Source: a virus (taxonomy: Duplodnaviria; Caudoviricetes). Taken from it: 64,000 bases of DNA. Location: the IMG/VR virus record IMGVR_UViG_3300028886_000070, positions 31,070-95,069 of that record, one strand, 5' to 3'. This document shows, piece after piece, positions 1 through 12,000 of this stretch. A program made the translations under genes and the position numbers. The notes beneath the pieces were generated by a model. That model was not told the origin of the DNA, did not search any database, and worked only from the letters and a program-made list of their open reading frames with translations. How positions within the stretch are numbered: the first letter of the stretch is position 1; each line of letters opens with the position of its first letter.

Positions 1-3000
1 CGCCCTCGCGGGGGCGGAGTCGGACGCGGCCCGGCGGTAGGAGTCGCCCCAGCCGCCGTCCATGTAGTCGAGTATGTCGGAGAACACGTCGTCGGCGAAG
101 ATGTCGCACGAGTTGCGGAAGTCCGGGTTCTCGCGCCCCTCGGAGACGCCCCTGCGCCACTTGTCGCGGACGCGGGCGAGCGCGCCGGAGACGGCGGGGT
201 AGAAGCTGTCGCTCCCGGCGAGGCTCGCCGCCGTGTCGGCCGCGTAGCCGGCGAGGGAGTCGTAGTCCTCCTCGGAGAACGAGGTGTCGGCGACGAGGCG
301 GCGCTTCGCCTTCGCGCCGATCTTCGCGAGGCGCTTCCTGCGCGCGAGGCTCTTCGGCGCCCAGTCGGTAGAGACGAGCAGGTCGACGAAGCCCTCGTCC
401 GCCGCGTTCAGCTCCGCCTCCGCGTCCGAGAGCGACTCGTAGTAGCGCGCCGGGAGGAGGTTCACGATGGACGGGGACTGCGGCGTCGGCGCGCCGAGCG
501 TGCGAGAGGTGAGGACGGTGTACGCCGGGATGAGCTGGCCGAACATCATGGACGGCGTGACGGCGACGCCCTCGCCGAAGACCTCCTCGAGGCGGAACAG
601 CGCGGCGCGCGCCTTCACGACGACGCGGCGCGTCTCCGGGTCGAGCGCGTCGAGGCGCTCCTCGTCGGACTTGCCCTCGAACTTGCGCCCGAGCTTCTCG
701 GTGACGAGCTGCTCGATCGACTCGCGGGAGAGCGAGAACGTGCGCGTGATGATCGACGACGCGTCCGCCGCGTCCTCGTTGTGGTGGCGCGTCCCGCCGA
801 ACGCCGCGCCCGCGATCACCTCCGCGAACATGGCGCGGATGCGCAGGATCGACTCGTCGTCGTTCGCCTGGAAGTTGGCGACGAGGCGCGAGAGCCCGCG
901 GCCCGCCTCGCCGTAGGGGAGCGTGGTCTTGGGCTTGCCGGTGCGCTCGTCCTCCACCTCGACCTCGCCGTAGGCGCGGTCCGGGGCGAGGCGGACGTAC
1001 GCGATCGCCTTGTTGCCGTCCGGGCGGTTGTACTCGCGGGACGTGGACATCAGCTCGTACATGAGCGTGAACATCGCCTCGATGCCCTGGCGCATCTCGA
1101 GGACGCCGGGGTCGAGCGAGAAGTCGCCGTTCGGCGACGCCCACTGGAGGGCGTCCCTCGCGCCCGAGGCGATCGCCTTCAGCGCGGAGTAGAGGCCGCG
1201 CCCGTCGGCGACGAAGGTGTCCCCGACCTCCACGGAGAGGTCGGCCATCGAGCGGAAGAGCCCGCACACGTAGGGGAGCTGCTGCGCGTTCGACTGGAGC
1301 GCGAGCCGGTCCCACGAGTCGAGGCCGTCGCGCAGGAGGAGCTTCGCGAGCGCGCGGCGCTTGCCGGGCACGTCCTCCGCCGCGTCGCGGAACTGCTCCG
1401 GGAACGTCTGCGAGAAGCGCCGCTCCGCCGCCGTGATGGCGCGCGCCGCTACCGTGCGCAGCCCGTCGCCGATCTCGTAGGAGAGGCGCGTCGCCGCGTG
1501 CATCCGCTCGAACGCGGACATGAGGTCGTAGGTGCGCCCGTTGGGCAGCATGAGGACGGCGCGGTCGCGGGAGGCGGCGTCGTCGCCGAGGCGCTGCACC
1601 ACGGACTTGAACGCCTGCACGGTGCGGTCGCGCCGCCCGGTCGCCATGTCGTCGCCGGGGTCGGCCACGAGGTAGTTCACGGAGTTCCCGAACGAGCGCG
1701 CGGACATGAGCACCTGGCGCTTCAGGATCCACTCGGCGAAGTCGCGGACGCGCGGGCTCGCGGCGAGCGCCGCCACGATGTCCTGCGACGAGCCGTCGGG
1801 CATGGCGGTCGCGCCGCTCTCGCCCTTCTCGAGGCCGAGCTCCTCGCGGACGAGCCACGCGACGTAGCCCGCCATCGGGTTGGAGCCGCGCCCGCGGGCG
1901 ACGCCCTCGACGATCGCGGAGACGGCCTTGCGCCCGCCTCCCTCGGCGAGCCCGTCCGCGACCGACTCGACGGCGGCGACGAGCGCGGCGCCGTAGGTGG
2001 ACGGGTCGCCGGAGGCGCGCCACGGGTCCTTCGCCGTGCCGGAGCCCTCGATGCCGAACGCGTCGACGACGTTGCTCCGGTAGAGCCTGTCGCCCCCGCC
2101 GAGGACGGCGGAGCAGACGTAGCGCCTCGCGTCCATGTCGCCGACGCGGCTCGCCCGGAGCATCTGCCAGAAGCGGCCCTTCGACTTGACCTCGCTCGAG
2201 TACGAGGCGAGCACCTTCGCGAAGTCCTCGTCGGTGACGGGGAGGCGTCCGCCTCCCGGCCTGTTGATGAGGAGCTCGGTGATGACGGTGTCCATCATCC
2301 CGCTCGTCCAGCCGAGGCGTCCGCACATCTGCTCCTTGAGGTCGTCGAACGTGGCGTTGGAGAGGCCGTCGACGTGGTACATGAAGCGGAACCAGTCGGC
2401 GGGGCTCTCGTCGCCGTTGAAGAGCGACATGTCGCCGGACGTGAAGAAGCCGCTCGTCCACGCGAGGTGCAGCGAGCGCGCGAGCGACACGATGACGCCG
2501 CGCGCCTTCGACGCGTCGAGCGCGGCGGCGGACGCGACGGAGGCGGTCTCCGGGTCGCCGATCGTGTGGTCGGCGTCGAGGACGGGCGGGAGCGCGTGCT
2601 CCATCACGGCGTCCTTGTTCGACGTGGGGAACGGGTTCGTCGGGCGCGAGGCGATGCCGCCGAGGAACTTGCGGCGCGCGCCGCCCTTCTCCGAGGCGCG
2701 CGGGACGACGCGGGCGCGCCCGTCGGCGCCGATCTCCTCGGCGTCCGTCGGGAGCCTGCGGGCCATGCTGAAGAGCCCGCGCACGAACGAGTTCGACACG
2801 CGCCGGCGCACCGGCTCCGCGACGCGGTAGTACCATCCCTCCGGGCTCTCGCCGTCGGGGACGTCCTCCTCGCGCTGCTCCTCGTCGTTCCACACGGTCT
2901 TCTGGAGGAAGCCCGCGGCGGCGAGGTCGCCGAGGTATCTGTCGCGGGCCGAGGGGTCGGACGCGAACGTGGACGCGTCGGCGGACGGCGCGGGCGGGTT

Positions 3001-6000
3001 CGAGAAGCGGGTGGAGCCGTCGGCGTCCACGGTGAGCATGTAGAGCTTCGTCTTGTCGCCGTCGTGGTCGCAGCCGAGGATCGCGTTCGTCGTCGGGTCG
3101 GGAGACACCATCGCGTCGCGCCCGACCTTCCACCGCTTCGCGGCCTTGCCCTCGGAGTCAGTGCCCTCGTACTCGATCTCCGTCACCGGGAGCCCGGCGC
3201 GGACGACCTGTAGCCACATCGAGCCGTTGTACGACGGGGTGCGCGGGAGGCCGAACATCGTGCCGCCGAGGAACAGGTGCGACTTGCCGTCCGCGTCGAG
3301 CGTCACGGCGTCGTCGCCGAACTGGACGGCGGAGAGGTCGAACACGTCGCCGCGCCCCCTGTCCGCGTCGCGCATGAAGAGGTCCTCGATGCCGAAGCGC
3401 TCGACGTACCTGTCGCCGTGCTCGGAGATCTTCTGGCCGTGGTGGTCGAGGAAGACCCCGGCGATCGCCTCGCGCAGCTTCTTCGCCTCCGCCTTGGCCT
3501 CATCCGCCCCCTCGCGCCCGGGCTCCGCCCTGCGCTGGAGGTCGCGGAGGCGCGTGAACGCGCGCCCGAGGGCGAGCGCCCGGACGTGCCCGCGGGTGTC
3601 CGCGCCGGGCGAACCGGCTGCGTCGAGCTCCGCGGCGGCGATGTCGGCGGCGAACGCCTCCGAGGACTCGAACGCCTCCTCGTCCAGGAACCATCCGTAG
3701 CGGAAGCCGTTGGAGCGGACGTTCACGTTGCAGAGGGCGACGCGCCTCGGCACGCCGAAGAACCTCGCCTCGTCCTCCGTGAAGAGCGTCGAGCCCTGCA
3801 TCATCGCCCTGTGCATCGGCGACTTCGAGTGGCAGAACACGTTGCCCTCGTCGTCGCAGAACGAGCCGCTCGAGACGAGCGGGGCGTCGATGCCGGAGAG
3901 CGGGAGGTTGGAAGCCTGCCGCGTCTTCGACCACACCATGCGCGCGAGCTCCTCCAGCGCGTTCTGCCCGCGCGGGCTCTCGCCGTAGCGGGCGAGCTCG
4001 AGGAGCGACTGCGACTGGCGGCGCAGCGACGCGGCCATGCGCGGGTCGGAGTACACCGTCCCGGCGACGAGGCCCCAGTTCGCGACGAGGTCGAGGAGCT
4101 CGGGCACGGTCGTCCCGTCCTCGCCCATCCACCCGCCGCGGGTGAGCGCGGTCGCCATCGTCACGGCGTCCACCTCGTAGTTGCGGGCGGCGCGCCCCGG
4201 CTCCGCCGGTATGCCCGACGTGTGCGAGACGTTCGCGACGGTGTAGGCCATCGCGCCGTTCTCCTGGTACGAGAGGTCGATCGCGGTCTCGCCGTCGAAG
4301 CCGTCGACGGAGTTCGCGACGACGCCCGGCATCAGCTCGGAGAGCTTCACGTCGCGGACCGTTCCCTCCGCGAGGTCCTCGACGCGCAGCGGCCCGACCT
4401 TCTCGTCGAGCTCGTCGCCCGTCATCCTGTCGAACTTCACGCCGGACGCGGCAAGGGACTCGAGGACGGAGAAGACGTGCTCCATCACGGCCTTGCCGCC
4501 GACGCGCAGCGCCTTCGAGTTCGCGACGCCGATCTTGTACGAGTCGAAGTCCGTGAGGAAGTCCGTGCTCAACTTGTCGGAGCCGCGCCACTTCTCGAGG
4601 TAGTCCATGACGAGGCGCTCCGAGGAGCCCTCGAGGAACTGGCCTCCCTCCTCGCCCGTGGCGACCGAGAGCGACTTGCCGAAGAAGAGGTCCTCGCCCT
4701 GCGTGGAGACCACGTGGGCCTTGAGCGTCGCGGAGCGCGGGTCCTGAGCCATCTCCTTCAGCGCCTGCGCGCCGTAGCCGCGCATGAAGGTCGAGCCCTT
4801 CCACGCCTCGGCGGCGAGCTTGTCGAACTTCTTCTGCGCCTTGGCATCGGCCATGCGCTCGGAGCGGCGGATCTTCAGGATGTGGACGCGGTTCTCGCCG
4901 AAGCGGCGCTTCACCTCCGGCGGCCTTCCGTCGACGCGGGTATAGGTCACGGAGTTCGCGAGGCCGTCCTCGCCCACGTCGTACGACACCTGGTAGACGC
5001 GGCCCTCGTGCTCCACGACGGCGGACGCTCCGAGGCCGCGCGCGTTCTCGCGCCCCTTGGAGGCCGGGGTGAACTTCTGCGTCAGCGTCCCGCCGGGGTC
5101 GAGCGCGGCGAGCTTCTTCACGGTCGCCGGGAGCGCGAGGACGTACAGGCCCTTCTCGTCATAGAGCGTGCTGCCCTTGAGCACGGCCTTCACCGGCTCG
5201 CCCTCGGGAGCCGGCGGCTCCACGGCCTGCGTCTCGACGCCGATCATGCCCGTGCCCTGCGCCTCGAGCGACGAGATGGCCGAGCGCTTCGCGTCGGTGA
5301 ACATGCGGTCGAGGCCGATCGCCTTGCTCACGCCCTTCGCGAGCTGGTCGTACGTCGCGGTGTCGCGGCCTTCCGGGACCCATATCCCGGAGCCCTCGAT
5401 CTCCGCGTAGCCGTTCGACCCGAGGTACTGCTCGAGCTCCTTCTCGCCGACGTTGTACGAGGACGAGGAGCGGTAAGCCTTCGCGTCGGCGACGATGACG
5501 GCGCCGGCCTTCGTCGCGGCGTCGAGCTCGGCGCGGAGCGACGGATCGTCGATGCCCACGCGGTCCTTGCGACGCCCGTTGATCGAGACGCCCACCACGT
5601 CTTGCGACGTGTAGCGCCCGGTGTTCGCGATGTCGGCGAAGTGCTCCGCGTACGCGGCGGTCGAGCCGGAGCCGAAGCCGATGAAGCGGGTGATGCCGCC
5701 GAGCTGGTTGAACTTGGCCTGGTCCTTCGCCTTGTGCCTGTTGCCGGTCGACGGCAGCACGTGGCTCCCCGTCCTCCCCTTGCGCTCCCTGTACGTCGGG
5801 TTGTCCTCCGGCGTCTGGTCCTGCGCGGAGGGGAGGAACGAGCCGTCTGGGAGGATGCGCACGGCGCGCGGCACCTGGAGGAGCGTGGACGAGCCGTGGT
5901 CGCCCGAGAACACCTGCACCCAGTACACGGGCTGCGACGTGTCGGCGTACGCCTTGCGGCACGCCTCGCGCAGCTCCACGCTGTCGTAGCTCGCGGACAC

Positions 6001-9000
6001 GTTCTTCGCGCAGATGGGCGTGTGCCTCGCGTCCGGCCAGCAGGCGTCCTGCCTGCACCGGTTGATCTCGGCGGGGTCGGTGACGCCGAACGCCCTCTCG
6101 CACACCTCGGCGAACGAGACGCCGCCGAGCTTGCCGTCCTTGTACAGCCACTTCGCCACGATCGGCACGAGGTCGCGGGGCGATATGACGACGGACGAGC
6201 CCTCGGAGTCGCGCTCCGGGTCGATCTCCGCCGTCATGATCGTGGTCGGCAGGGCGTCGGAGAACGTCGTGAGGAACGTCATCAGCGGGTCGGAGATGGA
6301 CGGCGAGCGCTTCGCCTCGCGCAGGGACGAGCGGCGCGGGTTGCCCGTCGCGAACGCGGCGGTGAACGCGGTCGCCACCTCGGAGCGGCGCACCGGGCCG
6401 GAGCCCGACTCGGCGAGCGCGTCGAGCGTGGAGCACACGGTCTCGACGAGGTCGATGTCCTCCGCCGCGCCCTTCTTGTTCTCGCGGAACGAGACGGAGG
6501 CGGCGAGGTCGCGTATGCGCTTCTCGGTGAGATCGGCCCACGCGTTGTGCGCGAGGCCGGACGCGAGGGCGCTGTAGAGCGGGGACTCCGTGCCGAACTC
6601 GGAGGCGAGTATCTCGGCGACGAGCGACGCGTTGCGCTCGAGGACGGAGCGGGCGGACGAGCCCTGCCCGAGGGCGGCGAACTCGCCGGTGTCGCGCAGC
6701 TCGCCGACGAGCGTGCGCAGCCTGTCCGCCGCGTCGCGGAGCTCCTGGCGGGACTTGCCGACTATCGCGGCGAACCCGTTCGTCACGATGTTCTCGCCGA
6801 CCTTGCCGTGCGCGGCGCGGAACGCCGGGGCCATGCGGCCCGTCTCGCGGTTGAGCCGGATCGGGGACGCGGCGACGGAGTGCGCCATGAGCTTGCCGAA
6901 GCGGATGCGCGCCTCGCGGGGGAGCGCCGAGAGGTACGCGACGAGGAACGCGCCGCGCCTCGAGAGCGGGTAGCCGCCCGCGTCCGCGAGGAGCGCCTTC
7001 ACGTGCCTGTCCGCCGGGGAGTCCGCGCTGTCGAACTCGAGGAGCGTCTCGCGGTGGAGCGCGTCGTGCTCCGCCTGCGTGCGGCCCGCCGGGTTCATCT
7101 TCGGGTTGAGGAGGCGGAACAGGAAGCCGATCGCGTCCCTCGCCTCGTCGGGGTAGTCCTCGGCGAGCTCGGCCGCCCGGTCGACGCCCATGCGCGACGC
7201 CTCGCGGGCGAGGCGCAGGAAGCCCTGGAGGTTGCGGCCCGTCTCGGGCGAGACGCGCTGCGCGAGGGCGAGGAAGTCCTCCATCGCCTCGGAGTTGTAC
7301 TCGGCGAGCGCCTGGTCGTTGAAGTTGTCGGACGAGACGTCCTCGCTCTCCTTCTCCTCCTGGGAGAAGCGCCACTTCGCGCCGGAGACGACGAAGCCGT
7401 CCCAGCCGGCGTTCGCCCGGATGCGCGCGGCGTCGGCGACGCGGTACGCGACGCGGATGTCGTCGAGCTCCTCGTCCGCGAGCGCCGGGAACATCCGGCG
7501 CGCCGTCTCCGCGACGGTCTCCTCGGAGACGCCCTCGCCGAGCGAGAGCGCGGAGCGGACGCACACGTTCACGGCGAGGCGCGCCTGGCTCCTCGTCATG
7601 CGCCGGCCCTCTATCGTCTCCGCGCCGTAGCGCTCGGAGAACGCGCGCTCCTCGGAGCGGGCCCTCGTGCCGAACGCGGACGGGAGCGGCGCCGGCTCCT
7701 CCTCGCCGTACATGGTGGAGAAGCTCTCGCCGTCGTCGGCCGTGCCGTTGTCGGAGGCGTTCCTCGCGCCGTCGGCGGCCGCGGAGCGTCCGCCCTTCAG
7801 CACCGACTGGACGGGCTTCGTCGCCTCGTCGAGCGCGCGCTTCTTCTCGGTGAGGTCGTTCGCGGCGGAGTCGAGCGCGGTCTGCGCGTCGGCGATCGCC
7901 CCGGGCGCCGGGGCCTCGGCGCGCCCGCGCCGTGCCTCGAGAAGCTGTCGGCGGAGGCCCACGACCTGTCCGCGCAGGGTCTCGACCTGGCGGGCCGCGT
8001 CCTCGTACTGCGCCTTCACGCGGGCGTACTCGTTGAGGGACTCGTCGACGGTCGCGGCCTTCTTCATCTCCCGGACGGACGCGCGGAGGGCGATCCTCTG
8101 CTGCTCCGTGGAGCCCGAGTCGGACGCGAGCGCGTCCTCGGCGACCTGGCGGAAGAACTCCGCCGTCGCGGCGGGCACGTCGCGGCCGCTGTCGAGCACC
8201 TTGCGGACGACGCCGTAGAGCTGGCCGACGAAGGTGTAGTGCCCGAGGAGGGCGGCGTCCGGCTCGCCGGACTCGGCCTGCCTCGCGGACGAGCGCAGCG
8301 CCTCCTTCTCCTCCTCGGTGATGACCGGCGCGCCGGACTTCGCCATCGACGAGAGGCGCGTGATGCAGCCGTTGAGGAAGGCGGTGTAGCCGAGCCCGCC
8401 GGGGAGCGACTCCCTCACGGCGTCGCGCAGGGCGTTGGGGTTCCCCGCCGCGTACGACATGAGCTGGCGGATGCCGCGCTGCGAGCCCGCGTCCGCGACG
8501 CCTCCCGCCGCGTTCTCCACGGCGGCGTCGAGGAAGCCGTTCCCGCCGAGCGTGAGGTCGACGAGGTTGGTGAAGTCCATGAACGACGCGGCGCGGCGGA
8601 CGGCGGGCGCGATCTTCGCGACGGCGCGGAGGTACGGGGACTCCGCGTACTTCCTGTCCTGGTACGCGCAGAACGCGCCGGCGAGCGTGACGAACCCGGT
8701 CGGCGTGAGGCCGACGCCGCGACGGACGACGGTGCGCCCGTCGGAGGTCGTGGCCTCGCGGTCCACCTCCGCGGTGCACTCGCGGCGGAACGCGGCGAGG
8801 CTCCTGACGAGCTCCGTGTCGTTCGCGTCGCGGGCCTCCTGCATGGCGGTCTCGGCGATGGCGTCCACCTCGTGCACGAAGTCGGAGACGACGCCGTTGA
8901 GCGCGTTGCGGATGAGCCGCCCGTGGGACGCGTAGGCGCGCATGAGCACCGCGTTCACGAGGCCGCTCGTCATGTCCGGGTTGACCGACGGGTCGACCGG

Positions 9001-12000
9001 GACGACGATGTCCGAGGAGTTCGCGGAGAGCTTGCCGACGTTCACGGAGAGCGTGTACTTCTTCGGCGAGTACGCGGAGAACTCGCCCGCGTACTTCGAC
9101 ATGGTGTCGACCGAGACCTTCCTGTCGGCGAGCAGGCGCTCCCCGACGCGCATGTAGCCGTTCGGCCCCCAGACGTTCATCCACGTCGAGCGGACGGTCT
9201 TGTCGGACACGCCGGCGTCGCCGATCACGACCTGCGCCTCCGGGTCCCAGTGCGACGCGATCGAGAGCTCGCGGGCGAGACGCTCGCGCGCCCAGTCCTC
9301 GTCGACGAAGTGCCCGTCGGCCTTGCGCCGCAGCATCGGGTGGAGGCGCGCGCGGGGCGCGTTCTCGCCGAGGGCGGCGATGTAGTCCGGCGCGAGGTCG
9401 AGCTCCCGGATCATCTTGAACATGTCGGTGCACTCGACGACCTTGGCCTGCGAGAGGAGGATGCGCGCCTTCGTCGGCGCGTAGCCGAGGCGGGACATCT
9501 CCTGGCGAAGCGCCTCCTCGTCGTCGAACGTGCGGAGGTCGCGCTCGGCGCGCCCGTTCACGGTCTTGATGCCGAAGTCCACCTCGAAGCGCCCGTCCTC
9601 CGTCTCGCGGGCGGTGAGCTCCGCCGCGCCGGTCGAGTGGACGCGGAGGTCGTCCTCCGTCGCCCGCGTCGTCTTCGCGAAGTGGCGGAGGTCGCCGCGG
9701 TCGAGCATCGTCGCGAGCTTCGCCATGTTGAGAATCTTGCGGTCGCGCTCGGCAAGGCCCGCCGCCGTCCCGTCGAAGCGGAGGTTGAGCGACCACGCGA
9801 CGGACTCGAGCGCGCGCCTGTCGAGGTCGGGGTGGTCGACGGAGTCGAACTTCGCGAGGTAGTCGACGACGGGCATGCTGACGCGCCCGACGGACGAGCT
9901 GTAGATCGCCTCGCGGAGCGGCACCTCGCCGTCGATGTTCTGGACGTACGCGAGGTTCTGCCCGCCGATCATGTGGAGCGCGCAGTCGTAGATCGCCGCG
10001 TCCACCATGTCGGACGACGCGGGGAGGCGCACCATGTTGAGGATGCGCATGTCCGCGTCGAAGGACTTGGTGAGCCTGCGCGTGAGGATGTCCGCCGTCG
10101 CGATGGCGAGCTTCTCCGCCGTCCTGTCGACGGCGTCCCTGTGGGATTCGTAGAAATCGGACGCGGAGACGGCGCTGTCCTGGTCGAACGCGCCCGCCGC
10201 CTCGTCGAAGCGGACGAACGACACGGAGCCGTCCTCCGCCGTCACGTGCTCGAGGCCCTCGGACTTCGCGACGTGCGCGAGCGCCTGGTCGCGGATGCGC
10301 CCGTCGGAGAACGAGCGGAGCTGGTGGGCGGCGAGGTACGCGCCCATGATCTGCTTCGCCCTGCCGGCGAACGCCTCGGCGGCCGCGTCCGTCACGGCCT
10401 TGCGCGAGGGCGAGAACGACCCGTTGCCGCGTCCCGCCGCGGCGGCCTCCGCCGCCATGCGGTCGCGCAGCACGTCCGCCTGCCTGCGCCACTCCGCCCG
10501 GAAGCCCTCCTTGAGGGCGCGGCACACGTTGGCCGAGAGGCCCATGTCGCGCGCCGTCCACTGCGCCGGGTTCGTCGCGGCGAGCGACATGTCGCCGGAG
10601 ACGACGGCGCCCGCGAGGCCGACGATCTTGTGCGCGGCCTTGCGGAACCACGTCGGGTCCTCGCCCTCGAGCGGGGCCTCGGCCTCGTAGAGGACGCGGG
10701 CGAGCTCCGGGGCGTAGTCCACCATGGCGGCCTGCCCCTCGAGCGTCTCGCCCGCCTGCTCCGAGGAGAGCGCCGGGGTGCGGCCCTCGATCTCGTCGCT
10801 CGCAAGCTGCTGGCTCGCGAGGAGCGGGACGTTCACGATGCTGTCGGCGTTCGCCTTCGCGGCGTCCGAGAGGGTGCCGAGGAACTTCTGGTGGCGCTCC
10901 TCCCTGCGCGTCGAGACCTTCTCCCGCGTCTCGATCTCGGAGCGGATCGAGTCCGCCGTCTCCTTGTCCCCGGCGGCGTCCGCCTCGTCGAGGCGCGCCT
11001 GGAGCTCCGCGACCTCCCTGCGGTCCTGCTCCGCCATCGCGTCGTGCGCGGCGAGGTACGTGCCGAACTTCATCGAGACGACGCTGTCGTGCCGGAGCGC
11101 GTCCTCGATGCCGGCGAGGCGGGCGCGTATCTCCTGTAGCTTGCCCCCGCCGCCCACGGCGGACTGGAGGCGGAGCGTCGCGGCGCGCGTCACCATCGGC
11201 ATGGCGAAGCCGACGGCCTCGGCGGTGAGCTGGTCCCAGCCGGGGTACAGGCCCTTCACGGCCTCCTTGAGGTTGGAGAAGAAGTCGTGCTCGGCGCGGT
11301 CGTCGAGGCCGAGCATCCCCTTCACGACGTCGCTGTAGCGCTCCTCGAACATCTCGCCGAGGATTCCGTCGTACCCCATCTGCTCGTACATGTTCATCAC
11401 GGTCTCGGGGCCGATCTGGTGCTTGGCCATCCAGTTCGCGACCGCGAAGCGGGCGTAGGACTTGTACTGGAGGTCCTTCACGCCGTCGTCGTACATCTTC
11501 TTGAGCGCCTTCTGCGCGAACGCCTCGACGTTCCCGCCGACCGCGTCGCGCAGCTCCTGGCGGAGCCCGGACGACGAGCCGGACATGACGGCGGTGCGGA
11601 TCGCGGAGCGGTCGGCCTCCGCCGTGACGCCGAGCGCGCGGATGACGGCGTCGGCCTTCTGCCCCTGCGCCTTCTTGAGGAAGGACTCGCGGGAGCCGAA
11701 GACGTCGCCGATCCACTGGCGAATCTTGCCGCCGAACGCCACGGCGGTCTCGCCCTCCGTCGGGACGATGCCGAGAATCTCGGACGAGGCGGGGCGGACG
11801 AGGCCCCTCATGCCCGCGTTCTCGAGGCCGAGCCCGGCGGCGCGGACGAGCGACTTGAGGCCGCGGCCCGTGTTCTCCGAGACGTACTCGAGGAGGTTCA
11901 TGCCGAACGCGATCGACTCGGCGTTCTCCATGAGCTCGCGGTTGCCGGTCATCAGCGCGGACTGGCGGAGCGACAGCTCCGACTGGCTCACGGTGCGGTC